Positions 1 to 13,225 of a stretch of DNA of 64,000 nt are shown here, in pieces. Made by a program: the position numbers and the translations under genes. Within the stretch, counting starts at the first letter, position 1; every line of letters starts with the position of its first letter. The notes beneath the pieces are model-generated. The model saw only the letters and a program-made list of their open reading frames with translations. It had not been told where the DNA came from and did not search any database. Source of the stretch: Eledone cirrhosa (lineage: Eukaryota); assembly GCA_964016885.1 (NCBI GenBank), contig OZ024740.1, positions 395,622,001 to 395,686,000 on the forward strand, written 5' to 3'.

Positions 1-3000
1 GCTTCGTTCCTCTCTAGTCTGCGTATATCCTCTGCACACAATGCCCAGGTCTCACTGCCATGCAACATTGCTGTTCGTTGCAGGCATCATACAACCTGCC
101 TTTCATTTTTAGGGAGAACCCTTTAGCAGCTAATAGTGGTATGAGCTCTCTGAACTTTTTCCATCCAGTTCTGACTCTAGCTACTGTACTTTCAGAGCAC
201 CCTCCCCCACTGCTGATTTTGTCACCCAGGTAATGGAAGCTGTCCACTATTTCTATAGAACCCTCTGCGCAGTTGAAAGAGCTAGTATTTTGTGGGCACT
301 TGCTGCTACTTATTGTACCAGAACACCGGCCACATGTAAAATCTATGTTCTTAGTTAGCTTACGTGTGATCCCACTACATCTTTTATGCACCCATACTTT
401 GCATTTGGGACACAAAATGGAGTTTCTACCTACGCCTTTCCTACACTCTGAGCATGGCCACTTCCCGGAGGGGACCGCCGCCTTATTTTCTTTCTTACAA
501 ACTAGAACTTTAGTCTTAGCCAGGTTAATTTTAAGGCCTTTTGATTCTAGGCCGTGCTTCCATGTTTGGAATTTCTTCTCTAGCTCGGCCATTGATTCAG
601 CTATGAGTGTTAGATCATCTGCGTATAGGAGTTCCCATGGGCAACCGGTCTTGAACTCCTCTGTTATAGCCTGAAGGGCAATAATAAATAGTAGGGGGAT
701 GAGAACAGAGCCCTGATGGATGCCAACTTTTACGCTAAACTCTTCACTATATTCGTTGTTAATTCTAACCTTGCTGACTGTTTCTTTATACATGGCTTGT
801 ATAGCCCTCACAAGCCATTCGTCAACACCTAGTTTTCTAAGAGCCCACCAGATAATGGAACGGGGGACTCTGTCGAAGGCTTTCTCCAAGTCGACAAAAG
901 CTAAGTATAGGGGTTTACTTTTAGCTAGGTACTTCTCCTGTAGTTGTCGTACAATGAAAAGAGCGTCTGTGGTACTTTTGCCTGACACAAACCCGAACTG
1001 CATTTCATCTAGATCAATTCTCTCTCTGATTAGTTGCGCTATTACTTTTTCCGTGACCTTCATGACCTGGTCGATTAATTTAATGCCTCTATAGTTACTC
1101 CTATCTAGGGCATCTCCTTTACCCTTGTAACAGTTAACGATGATGCTGCTACGCCAGTCCTTCGGAACAACCCCATTCTGTACGACTTGGTTAACTATCC
1201 GGGTGACCATGGTGTGTCCCACCGTACCAGATGCCTTCAGCATCTCGGCAGCTATTTCCGAAAGCCCAGCCGCCTTACCCATCTTGATATCTTTGATTGC
1301 CTTACTTATTATACTACCCTCGGCTAACACTGCTGGTCCCTCTATTGGGTCGATGTGGGGGAGACTGTCTTTCTCCCATTTATTCTCCTCATTTAGTAGC
1401 CTTTCATAGTGACACTTCCAAGCTACCTTCTTATCAGCGTCGGTGATGGCAAGTACGCCGTCATCATTAAGTACACACTTCTCCCCGACAATATCACGGT
1501 TTTCCTTGACACATTGCCTAGCAATCCTGAACACCTCACGTTTTTGGTCCACGCGTTGTAGAACATGCTTGAACTTTCTTTCCTCTGCTTCCCTTCTTGC
1601 GAAGTACACTTGTCTCCTAGCTTCCCTCCTGGCCACTTGATAGTCTTCTCTGCTTCCCCCATCCCGCCATACTTTCCAAGCCTGCTTTTTGGCCTTAATT
1701 GACCTCTCCACCTTACTGTTCCACCACCATGTTACTCTCCTCCTGCCTACAGGCCTGCTCCAGCCACAGACTTCGTCTGCCGCCATCAGCAGGTTTGCTT
1801 TCAGGAATTGCCACTGCTCCTCTATATTGTACGACTCTAATTGCTCTTCCTTACTGTCGAAAGCATCAAGTAGTATACTTTTGAATTTATTTCTGGCTGT
1901 GGGGTCCTTTAGCTTCCATATTTTTCTCCTGAGGATAGTCCTCTTCTGTTGTCTAGTACTTCTCGTCCTGACTATTAGGTCGCTAATTATCAGTCTATAT
2001 TGGGAGGTGCATTCTTCATGGGGGAGGGATTTAGTGTTTACAACAGACACTCTGTCACGTCTTCTGGTAAGGATATAATCTACCTGGCTTGTGTGTTCCC
2101 CCGATCTATAGGTGATCAGGTGATTGTCACGTTTTTTGAAGTTAGTGTTACAGATAGTTAGGTTATTTGCGTCACAGAATTCCAGGATTCTGGAGCCTTC
2201 CTCATTTCTAGTACCAAACCCATAGCCTCCATGGATTTCGTCGTAGCCATCACAATGTTGTCCAACGTGACCATTTAGGTCGCCTGCAATAATTATATAG
2301 TCACTGTCGGTTATTTGGGAGGTAGTGAGCATCAATGTCTCATAGAATCTGTCTTTTATAGTGCCAGGCAGTCCGGATTGGGGTGCGTACACAGATATTA
2401 CTGTCACAGTAGTTCTATTGAGGACAAGTCTTATTTTAATTATTCTGTTGTTCACTCTATTTACGTCTATTATCTTATCTGCCCACTTTTCTGCTACCAT
2501 GATTCCTACCCCACCCAGCCCATTGTCATTTCCCACCCAGAAAAGCTTATAGCATCGTTTTTTACCCACAATGAATCTAGCAGACCCACCCCTCCACCTG
2601 GTCTCTTGAATACAACAAACATCGACCTCCTTACGTTCAAGCATTTCTACAACCTCGTTAGAGCGACCCTTTAAGGTGCCTACATTCATGGTACCAACTC
2701 TGAAGTTTTGGATTGCGTTTGGAGGGTGGGAGCGGTGAGGGCGGGGGGAGATGGGGTTATGTTAGCCATCCGCGGCCGAAACAAGGAGGAGTGCTCGCAT
2801 TCTCGTCCAGATTTTGCTGAGCGTCCAGATTTTTCTCTCTTCAACTCTCCAGAATTCCGTAGTCCATCCATCCGTCATATCGAAAGGCAACCAGGTAAGC
2901 GATAGTATAGGCCTCTGGCTTATGATTGGTCCACGTAATAATAATGGTGGTGCGTGGGGGCGGGCGGGAGGGGTGTTGAGTTGTTAGCGAGAAGCTTAGG

Positions 3001-3069
3001 TTTAAGTAACATCCTCGTATTTAACAAGCGATAACAAAAATACAAGATTTGTTTTGTAAAATACGACAA
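1..3069 (-). mobile_element. RTE-clade LINE, subfamily B, 5' end apparently retained, 3' end beyond window edge
   Basis: Contains the APE-RT ORF 14..2689. A unique CpG-rich 5' region at 2690-3069 ends at a TA run. Near-identical to the copies at 40.9-45.7 kb. Confidence 0.93.
14..2689 (-). pseudogene. RTE ORF: AP endonuclease + reverse transcriptase + PHD finger; frameshift near base 78
   Basis: APE motifs NVGTL, CIQETRW, SVYAPQ, GDLNGHVG, DYIL. RT motifs NYRGIKL, QFGF, DLEKAFD, HQGSVL, YADD, YLG. After LYDAC a 1-nt deletion relative to the 44.7-kb copy shifts the frame. Confidence 0.9.
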
Positions 3070-3082
3070 ATATATATATATT

Positions 3083-3460
3083 ATCATCATCATCATCATT
3101 TTACGTCCGCTTTTCCCTGCTTGCAAGGGTGGGATGGGAACTGATTCTGGCTTGATTTCTACAGCTGGATGCCCTTCCTAACACCAACCTCATTTACAGT
3201 GAGTGCTGGGTCCTTTTTTCCGTGATGCCTACACGTCCACTTTACAGTATGGGCTGGGTGCTTTTTTGCCGTGGCACCTCCACGACCACTTTGCAGTGGA
3301 ACAATAGGGACCCCAGTCCCTATCATCTCATTTCTACAGCTGAGTAAACTGGAGCAATATGAAATAAAGTGTCTTGCTCAAGGAAACAACACATCACACG
3401 GTCTGAGAATTGAACTCACAACCTTTTGATTGCAAGGCCAATGCTCTAACCACTAAGCCA
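3083..3460 (-). mobile_element. tRNA-head CORE-type SINE with RTE-derived body and tail (two body units)
   Basis: A box TGGCTTAGTGG and B box GAGTTCAATTC on the minus strand. CCTTGAGCAAGACACTT CORE-like segment. Tail CCCTTGCAAGCAGGGAAAAGCGGACGTAAAA(TGA)n matches the RTE-A 3' end at 50161-50220. Confidence 0.85.
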
Positions 3461-3476
3461 TATATATATATATTGT

Positions 3477-3610
3477 AAGCTGAAACCGTCACTAACAATT
3501 ACTTTCAGTTCCATATTTCTGATAGGAAACATGAAACTCAGAGTAACAGTTAGTAACGTTTTCAGCTTTCAGTAAATATGTTAAAACTCTACAATACACA
3601 CTAAGTATTT
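3477..3610 (+). mobile_element. Decayed Penelope-type terminal-repeat relic with inverted arm
   Basis: Imperfect inverted arms at about 3477-3504 and 3541-3568. Hammerhead-like remnant CTGATAG...GAAACTCAGAGTA. Next to a TA run. Confidence 0.4.
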
Positions 3611-4578
3611 TTTTTATCCTTCTTCAAGCAATTCTTTGTGCCATAACATGCATAACACACACGGACACTCACAATGACATCCTTAATAGTTCCATCTCAA
3701 CTAAATTTATTCACAAAGCATTAATCAAATTGAAGCTATGTTGTAAGATTGCTTCCTAAAGGTGGTTTACAATGAGACTGAACCAGGCACCAGGTAATTA
3801 TGAAGTAAATGTTTTCACCACACATTTCTTCTCTTCTTTAGTTCATTTGCATTGAGTGACTTTTGATAAATGGAGGTAAGTTTGCTAGCCTCACGCCCCA
3901 TCCATCTCTCTCTCTTCTCAATTTAAATATTAATCTATGATAAAGTAACAAGAAAAAAACCCAGGGTAACTTATCTATTATGTCCCAGTTAAGCTATATA
4001 GTATCAAGTCTCAGCATCATAGCATCATACACACCCGTACCTGAACCAAACAACTGTTGCTAAGATATGTTACTCAAATTATTACAGTCTATTAAATCAA
4101 GTGATATATCAACAGTAGTTCTGTTTCATATGTATATGTAATTAGTTGTGATGAACAAATCATCTAGTTCTTAAATACTAGCTCCAGCAATTCCTGTACA
4201 TCTTCATAGATTTGCAAGAATCATCCAATAATTCTTGCAATAATTCAAACTAGATACATGAAAATAGCTTCTTTTTTTTCTTTGTAGAATAAAAACAAAT
4301 CATTTGATAAATATTCTATAGATTCTTAAAAGAAATGTAATCATTTTTGTAGGAATATAAATCTCTTTCCATTGTAATTAAATTGATAAATTTATATTTT
4401 GGCCATTAAAATAGAAAAGTAGTTTTAAGTATGCATGGTGTTTTAATGTACCTTACAATCTCATTGTTAATGCTATCTCCAAATATAGGTATAAAGGTTA
4501 TAATAATAATAATGAAATTATTGTGTACAGTACTCAGGTGCACTGCAACTCATCAAAGGTGCATGTATAGTACATAGA

Positions 4579-4765
4579 ATAATTGTTTCTACTTTAGGCA
4601 CAGGGCCAGCAATTACTCAGTGCATTACTGGTACTTTATTTTATCGACCCCGTAAGGATGAAAGGCAAAGTCAACCTCAACGGGATTTGAACTCAGATCG
4701 TAAAGGGACGTAACTATGCTGGAAAGCATGGCGTCCGACCCTCTACCGATACTGCCAATCCACCG
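4579..4765 (-). mobile_element. tRNA-derived SINE with Meta-type central domain
   Basis: Minus strand carries GTTCAAATCCC and CTTTGCCTTTCATCCTTACGGGGTCGATAAAATAAAGTACCAG. Flanked by a GAATAAT direct repeat (probable TSD). Many copies in the window. Confidence 0.8.
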
Positions 4766-4911
4766 AATAATGTACAAATGTCAGGAAAGTGAACAGTGTA
4801 CGAGTTATACACTTCAAACATTTTAAACATCAAAATATTAAAACTTCATAAATATATATATATAAATAGGGAGACACAAAGCAGGCTTTGTTTACAAACA
4901 GCTAGTGAATT

Positions 4912-5219
4912 TGAAAATTAGGTAGTAATATGTGCTTATGCCGTATTTGACTACATAGAATTAGTCTTTTTGTTGGGATTTTAAAAACCCTCTGAATAGA
5001 AAAAAGGATGAGTATTGACGTACATGAGACATGAACCAATATCTTTGGTTTGCCAGACCAATGTAACGGTAACACATTGGTCAACAAACCAAAGATTCAT
5101 GTCCCATGTATGTCAATATTCATCCTTTATTCCATTCAGAGGGTTTTTTAAATCCCAGTTAACAGTCTAATTCTATTTAATCAAATACGGCATAAGCACA
5201 TGTTACTACCTAATTTTCA
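4912..5219. repeat. Foldback/MITE-like imperfect palindrome with ~150-bp arms
   Basis: TGAAAATTAGGTAGTAATATGTGCTTATGCCGTATTTGA... pairs with ...TCAAATACGGCATAAGCACATGTTACTACCTAATTTTCA. Centre near 5066. Confidence 0.8.
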
Positions 5220-6317
5220 TAAATATATTTTATACTCATGAAAATTTCAAAACCACACCATCTAAACATTGATCAGCTGCCTCAGCTTTTTAATGGGGTT
5301 TGGATTTTCCCATTTCTCAGACATAAAATAGGGGGTCTGCTTATATTCAGATTGGGTTATATTCGAGTATATACAGTAATTTCATTCAATTAGATCTATG
5401 CCCTAGTTTAATTATTCATCTAGACTTAATTTTCAATTTCAATTGGTAGGGATTGGTATCGTTATAATTGTTGTTGGTGGTGCTTAGCTGCTGGTCAACC
5501 ATGATTGAGCAAAGCTGTGATCTAAGGTATTCCAAACATGACCTTCCTATAGTTTTAGCGGTATCTAGTGATATATTATCTAATGCATCCTTTCCATTTT
5601 CCAGATAGTAAGGTGAGATTTGGCGTGGCTCTCTTAATTGCTCATAGTTTTACATAATTAGGATTTTATCTATTATATAAATACACACATATTTCAGACA
5701 GTTTTGGCAGCTATTTCTAGCAGGTTAAATAAACACATAGAGGCACTTTCATTGGCTCATTGTAAATATGGGTGTTGTGGCATTCATTCTTCACCCCACC
5801 CAAGATACTAATGGCATAAGTGAATGAAATCATTTTAGCCAACAATTGAAAGTGAAATTCAGTCACTGTTTCTGGTGTTTACAACAATGGAGACTATTAT
5901 CTAGTCTAGATTATCTGCTATGTCATAGTGTGAACTACCCTTGGGAACTGCTCTTGTGGAAAATTAGTAACTTATCAAAAATTCTACAACCATGACAACT
6001 GAGGTCAGCAGTAAAGTGTCAGAATTATGAAGTCTATGATTCTGATTTTGGCTTCTGTCAGAGATAGCCTAGCCTTTCCTTCTTCTGGGAGATGATCAAA
6101 TAAGTAGTCATGATATATTGATGTTGTTATATGATAATTATTTCTCGTGATTTCTCAATGTATGTGTATGCCTATATATATATATATGAGAGAGAGATGT
6201 ACACACTTGTATATACCACACACACACACACACACAGAGGCTCATTTACACTTATATATGTATATATATTTATATATAAACATATGAATATTTACATTTG
6301 TATATGATGTTTATGTA

Positions 6318-6350
<33 letters not shown>

Positions 6351-6526
6351 GCAAGGAGGGTGGGTAGTTAAATACACGACTCAAAAGCCTTTTAACCAAA
6401 TTTACATTAAAGTAATTCAGACTGTTTGATAACGTGAAAGATCAGTAAAGTGATGATAGGTATTAATATTTCTAAACTAAGTGCCTATGTAGAAGGGAGG
6501 GAACTGGGCTTTCACTATCCTCAAAT

Positions 6527-6563
<37 letters not shown>

Positions 6564-7321
6564 CTACCCTCAAATAATGCCATCAGATCAAGTGCGATTA
6601 ATTGAGTTATGTTAGAAGTCTACACAGCAAACCCCACAAGGGAATAAATAGATAAAATTCTTCCCAAAACCTAATTCAACTCAAATAACCTTAACCTTTT
6701 CATGTCTATATTTCTTATGTATGGTTAGATTACCTACTTGTTTCAATAATTTTGAATATCATGAAGACTTTGGGACTAGGGTTAGTCAAATATCTGTAAC
6801 TTTATATATTAATATATATTGTGTTTAATGTTGATCAAGTGAAATCACACATCATTCATCTTATAATGAAATTCTGAGCAACGTTTTAAATAAAATGTGA
6901 ACACTTTAGTATGTGTGGTGTCAGATGAGTAGATGTTATGGGGACTAACAATAATTCCAATAAATCATTCTTGTCATATTTGTCTCTGGCAACATCAGTC
7001 TCTCGTTACCATGTAGCCTTATGATCATTATACATCCCTCATACAGACTGCACAATGAGATAATTCCTTTGTTGTTAACTGATCTAACAGCTTCTTGAGT
7101 TTCTTTTAGCTGCCTTTTTTAAACTCTACTAGAACCACCTTCATAAATAATTGTATCATCTATATAACAGAAAAATGTTCAACAACTCTCATAAAGTCAT
7201 CTAAGAAGTTCCTAAATTTTGTTTCATAGGAAGTTATATTGTTAGCTATTACAGTACATTCAGCACAGTTGAAGTCTTAATTTCCTGTCAGAATGCCATT
7301 AATTTTGCATCTTTTGTGTGT

Positions 7322-7512
7322 CCGGTAGATTGGCAGTATTGGTAGAGGGTCAGACGCCATGCTTTGACGCATAGAGTTACAGCCCTTGCCATTCTGAGTT
7401 CAAATCCTGCCGAGGTTAACTTTGCCTTTCATCCTTATGAGGTCGATAAAATAAAGTACCAGTAATGCACTGGGTAATTGCTGGACCTGTGTCAAAAGTA
7501 GAAACAATTATT
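7322..7512 (+). mobile_element. Meta-type SINE copy
   Basis: Same head, central domain and tail as 4579-4765. Confidence 0.8.
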
Positions 7513-9510
7513 TACATTAAGTATGTCAAGTTCCTACATACTCCTGTCGTAGATTCACTCCTTATGTGTTACATAACCATATCTACACAGTCACCTATCC
7601 TGTATACATGAGCTGGACATATTGGAATAACTAATTGGCTAATATAGTCCTAAATGAATACTATATGAGATGATCATTGGTGGAATGTCTTTTATTATAG
7701 GTTTACTCTACCAGAGCCGAGATAGTGATAAACAATAACAAAAACAATATTAGCAGATGTTTTTAATGCTCAGCCAATTCATCTTATTTGCACATCACCA
7801 CATCTACCCAAGGTTAATTGCTGGAGTGGAAGGACATGGTTGATTGCATCAATCTCAATATATTACAGATACTAATCTTATCATCTCAAAAATGATCAAA
7901 GTTAAAGTTAAACTAAAGAATTATTAGGACAAAATCATCAATTGTATGGCACTTAGGTACTGTGGGGTACTTATTTGAACCCACTTCTTCATAACCAATG
8001 ACTGAGCCTCAATACTGTTGCTTGGTCTTCTAGAAATAGCAACCAAATTTCCCTATTGTCTCAAGGGTTGGAGAAAACATTGTCTAATGTGGTTCTTGAT
8101 GAACTACCTGATAAAAGATGAGATAGCCATGATAGCTCATTTATGGCCAACCTAGAGCTTTAGCAACAAAATACATATTTAACAGTAATCTAAGATATAC
8201 ATATTTAATATAGGATGAAAGGCAAAGTCAAACCTTAGTAGGATCTGATTTTAGAATGTAGAGAAAAATGGAAACAATTAGTAAAATTCCTGTAGTTTGG
8301 TGGTCATCACTTTTGATAACTCACTACCTCAGTTATATAAAATATTTACAGTAAAACTTTGCCACTAAATATAATTTAGAAAATGGAAATTATTAAGTTT
8401 CTTTCAATAGGGTGATCTATTTAAGAAACTGCTATTTTGTATTCATCCAACAAAATTCAGTATATCGTATCTAATGAAATGTGTGTACTTATTCAAGCAT
8501 AAGCAAAATATATGGTTTCCAAAAGGTTTATTGTACAAAACATTTATTCATAACATTTTTATTTTGTGCTTTTTCTGTAGATTTATTTATATACTCTGTT
8601 TTATTTTTGGCAATATAATTTGTTGTTTCATATGAATTATTCACTTATTTATTGTTTCTGGAACCATCAGTAACAAAATAAATGGCAACAAACCTTATAT
8701 TTGTAAAATGAAAAAGAACTCAAAACAAACTACATAACTTTTATAATAAAAAACTAATGAAACCCAACTTCTATTTCTATACCAAATCCCTACCACCACC
8801 ACATCAATATCATCATTTTCATTATCACTGCTTACATTTCTGCCATTTTTTCCTTGCTTTGCCTAAAATTACATTTTTAACAAAAGTAAACCTACCATCA
8901 ATAATTAATGTAAAACTTCTCCATAAATTATTTTAATGTTTAGTAAATACTACATTGCAACTACTTTCATTTTCTATTTTATAATCGCTCCATAAAAGAA
9001 ATAAAGTATCTTAAGTTTCCAAGCAACTATTTTAAGAGATTAACTTTCAGCCTTATTAATTCATAGTAAAAGGAAAATTAAAATTAAAGGAATAAGATTT
9101 GGTATATTTTCAACCAGTCTAAAACCTTTTGAATTCAAATAAAAGAAATTGTAGGATTAGGTAAATTATTTCTGGTCAGAACATAAACCATGATTAAATA
9201 ATTAATATAACCTGTATAAATAGAGATTTCTAACTTAGGTACAAGCCCAGCAATTTGGGGAGGGGGGGGGGGGTATATTGAGCCATTACTGAGTGTGTTG
9301 GATACTTGCAACCAATGATGCTATTGTTCACAAACTGCAACATAAGATAAAAATAAAGAAAGAACAACTTAAAGTTTCATCTCCCAAACTGTTAAGTTGA
9401 AACTATTAATATAGTTTATGACTTAAGAGTATCTTTAGCATAAAAAATATTATTTTAAGATTTCTGTCATTTATTATGGATTGGCAGACAGGATGCCTTT
9501 CATTATTTGT

Positions 9511-10100
9511 TGGCAGGGCGGTGGGTTGGCAAAATCGGTAGAGCATCGGACAACATGCTTTGCGGCATAGTCACGCCGCTTTATGTTCTGAGTTCAAATC
9601 CCGCCGAGGTTAGCTTTGCCTTTCATCCTTACAGGGTCGATAAAATTAAGCACCAGTAATGCACTGGGGTTGATATAATCGACTTTCCCCTACCCCAAAA
9701 TTTCTGGCCTTGTGCCTATAGTAGAAATCGTTCTTTGTTGGCAGTATCAGTAGAGCATCAGACAACATGCTTTATGGCATTGGGTTATGCCCCTTTATGT
9801 TCTGAGTTCAAATCCTGCTGAGGTTAGCTTTGCCTTTCATCCTTACAGGGTCAATAAAATAAAGTACCAGTAATGCACTGGCATCAATTTAATTGACTTT
9901 CCTCACCTCCAAAATTGTTGGCCTTGAGTCTAAATCAGAAGCCATTATTTATTTAGGCAATTTACATTAGTGAAAGTCAACTTTGCTTTTTATACTTTCG
10001 GAGTTGACATAATATACCAGTCAAATACTGGAGTCAATATAACTGATTCACCACTTGACACAAAAATTTGCTAGTTTTATGTCTAAATTAGAAAACGTTA
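9511..10100 (+). mobile_element. Tandem Meta-type SINE copies (about 9511-9730, 9739-9950, and a decayed one at 9970-10100)
   Basis: Repeated GTTCAAATCC...CTTTGCCTTTCATCCTTACAGGGTC blocks. Confidence 0.8.
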
Positions 10101-10329
10101 TTAACTCCACAAATTACTTACCTTGATAAGATTGATACATGGCTTAAATTCTATTAGTGGACCTGTTAATCTTTTCTGGAACATATAACTTATAACATCT
10201 GATATTATTTTACAATGGAAAAATTAGCAGTTAAATCATTTTTAACATTATTTAGATATATATGAGTGCAGGCATGGCTATATAGGTAAGAAGTAAATTC
10301 CCTGTGGTCATTTGCTACTTACTGCTCTG

Positions 10330-11220
10330 ATGCATATTCTTAACTAAACAACCTGAGATCCCACTACATCTCTTGTGTACCCATAGTTTGCATTTGGGAC
10401 GGTGGATGGAATTTCTACCTACACCTTTCCTACACACTGAGCAAGGCCATTTCCCCAAGAGTATCATGGCTCTATTTTCCCTTCTACTTACTAGGACCTT
10501 AGTCTTTGTCAGGTTGACTTTAAGATCCTTTGTTTCTAGGCCATGGTTCCAGGTTTGGAATTTCTTTTCTAATTCTGCCATAGATTCAGCTATGAGTGTA
10601 AGATCATCTGCATACAGAAGCTCCCATGGGCAGCCAGTCCTAAAGTCCTCTGTTATAGCCTGCAGAATGATAATAAACAGAAAAGGGATAAGAACAGAGC
10701 CCTGGTGGACTCCAACATGAGCATTAAATTCCTCTCTATAGTTGTTGTTAATCCTAACTTTGCTGACTGTTCCCCTATACATGGCTTGTACTGCCTCCAC
10801 AAGCCACTTTTCTACTCTTAGTTTTCTAAGAGCCCACCAAATAATGGTACGGGGGATTCTGTCAAAAGCTTTCTTAAAATCAACAAATGCCAGATAGAGT
10901 GGCTTACTTTTAGCTAGGTACTTCTCCTGTAGCTGCTTCACAAGAAAGAGAGCATCTGTGGTGCTTTTACCTGGTACAGGTCCAAACTGCATCTCATCTA
11001 GATTAACTTGGTCCCTAATCAGCTGTGCTATAACTCTTTCTGTTACTTTCATGACTTGGTCTATCAACCTTTGACAATGATGCTGTTGCGCCAGTCATTC
11101 GGTATGACACCATTTAGTATTATTTGGTTTACAATACGTGTGGTTAAGGTGTGACCCACCAACCCAGACACTTTCAGCATCTCAGCAACTATCCCTGATT
11201 GACCGGTTGCTTTCTCCTTC
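10330..11220 (-). mobile_element. RTE LINE internal fragment (RT + partial PHD), closest to subfamily C
   Basis: ORF 10315..11067 has DFKKAFD, HQGSVL, YADD and CSVC...WVHKRC. Internal deletion near 11068. Confidence 0.9.
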
Positions 11221-11626
11221 TTCCTTTATTTACCTCTATATTTTGTGAATCGCTATACTCTGCTCACTTCCTCTTTTATTTGGCTTACCATAATGATATG
11301 TGTAAAACTATCTTCTCTGAACCATTTTCAAAGCCATTCGTAATTTTCAATTTTTAAATCTTTGCTTCCATAACAACATTTCGTGTATATTCATCTAAGA
11401 TGATAATCAGTCAATCAATTCAATCACCATGCTGCTCTCTCACACTCTCCCTCTTTCCTCTCCCTCCATACCTTGTGAATTGCTAGACTCCACTTACTTC
11501 TCTTATTTCACTTACCATAAGGATGTGTGTAAAACTATCTTCTCTCTACTACAGCATCTCTCTCTCTCTCTCTCTCTCTCTGCCAAATTCTATATTAATC
11601 GAACAAAATGGATATTATTGGTCTAC

Positions 11627-11723
11627 CTGTCACAAGCCGTTCCTGTCATATATTTATTTACTCGATTCATCAGATAATTGACCATTTTCTCCGCTGTGAA
11701 AAATATCAGAAGTTTGCTGATAG
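11627..11723 (-). other. Candidate host exon (97 nt)
   Basis: About 30-nt polypyrimidine tract plus TAG acceptor and a CAG|GTAGAC donor. Open frame ISKLLIFFTAEKMVNYLMNRVNKYMTGTACD, with AAAATGG start context. Confidence 0.4.
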
Positions 11724-12354
11724 CTAAAAAAAAAGAAAGAAAAAAGGAAAACGGAAGTTTGGAGCAGGAAAGATAACTTAGCTTCATTTCTGATGAGGCA
11801 GCCTACATTGATTTGTTATAAATACAGTTCAGAAGATACTTGTAAATATTTGTAAAATATGTACACACACACAGAAATGCTCACACATACACACAGAACA
11901 AGTGTTAATTCCTTGTGTTATATACTTACTAGGGGAAGTAACTCTGTACACACATGCATACACATACACACAGAATGAATGTTAATTCTTTGTGTTATTT
12001 TTCTTCCTGAGGGAGGTAACTCTCTAAGGTGGGTGATAACAACTTAAAAGAAATTATTAGATAAAATAGATTCAATAAAGATAAATACTAGACGATTATA
12101 ATTAACTAAAATCCTTTCAAGGACTGTGTCTCTACATGACAATGGCTGAAACCATTAAAAGAAGAAAACAATATATAAAAAAAGGATAACAGTATGATGC
12201 ATTGAATCCGAGCTCTAATGACTTGGAGGATATAACGGTAGATGTAACAGACATGTTTATGCTTTATCTAAAAACATTAACAGTAAAAAATGACCTACTA
12301 TAAATCTCTGGCCCTCAGATTGATTGTATTTGGAGCTTTTAAGGGAGCTTCTAT

Positions 12355-13170
12355 ATAGTCACTCGACCTGCTAGAAATAGTAGCTATTGGTCACAACTAC
12401 AACTTCTTTGATCATAGGTCTGATTAATCAGGATTCACCTGGGGCTAAACAACGGCAACACCTTGGAGCTAAAATTAGCAATCAAATCTTCTTCAGATCA
12501 CAAGAAAAAAGACAGAATGACCATGGCTGGAACAGCTTATATCATAGTTCTGCTTGATCAGGGTTGACATGGAGCTAAAGAATGACATTTTTAAAATAGA
12601 CAGAACAGCCATTGCTGAAAACCTTAGGTCTGGTCTATCAGAATTGACATGGAGCTAAAGAATAACAAAACAATTTTAAAACTAGACACAATGACTATGG
12701 CTAGAACACCTTATGCCCTCCAGGGCTAGATTTAAACCGTGGAGGGGGGGGGGGCATGGCTTTTCAGGTCTTCCCCCACCCAATACACAAAAAGATTAGA
12801 ATGCACAGCAAACCTCTCTATTTTACACATCAAAGTCAGCTTGGTGCAAGTAATTCGAATTGAAAAGTTATACATACAGGTATTAAACTAAAAAATTCTA
12901 ACCATCCTAAAACTAAAAAGCACAGCTGAGAGCAGAAATATATGGCTACGGCCATTGCTGGTGGGACCACCCCATCACTGCGGTGAGCCTACGGCAATTA
13001 CCCCCTTTGCCATTAAATCTGGTTCTGCTTATGTCATAGGTGTACTCTATCAGGGTTTACATGGAACTAAAGCACAACAACAACATCTTTAAAATTAACT
13101 GAATGGCTATTGCGGAGACACTTTATATCATAGGTATGGGTTGACACACAATTAAAGGGCAATAACATGT
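12355..13170 (+). repeat. Old interspersed repeat with several diverged ~90-bp tandem units
   Basis: Recurring ...CATAGGTCTG...ATCAGGGTTGACATGGAGCTAAAG units. The CTAGAAATAGC motif recurs near 5.7, 8.0, 19.5, 35.8 and 63.1 kb. Confidence 0.55.
12721..13027. mobile_element. hAT-like non-autonomous DNA transposon
   Basis: TIR CAGGGCTAGATTTAA / TTAAATCTGGTTCTG. Imperfect CTTATG(C/T)C flanking duplication. Interrupts a tandem unit. Confidence 0.55.
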
Positions 13171-13225
13171 AGCTTGCCCCTATGCAACTTACCACAAGAC
13201 CCTCCATACTTATATTGTATGCACA

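Noticed and set aside
273-2674. Plus-strand ORFs overlapping the RTE (and equivalents in other copies)
   Set aside because: Antisense shadows of the LINE ORF with no independent motifs.
2890-2905. U1/U2 snRNA 5'-end similarity on the minus strand (ATCGCTTACCTGG)
   Set aside because: The match is about 13 nt and does not continue; it is simply the complement of a splice donor.
10122-10198. Minus-strand exon ending at a strong AAG|GTAAGT donor (similar lone donors near 25128 and 34309)
   Set aside because: No convincing acceptor or recognisable peptide.
11790-11810. CTGATGAGGC hammerhead-like 5' core (also CTGATGAG near 27511)
   Set aside because: No properly placed stem II and GAAA; the second instance lies within the R4 relic.
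12400-13170. CRISPR-like repeat/spacer array
   Set aside because: Diverged tandem units of a eukaryotic repeat, with no constant repeat, no unique spacers and no cas genes.
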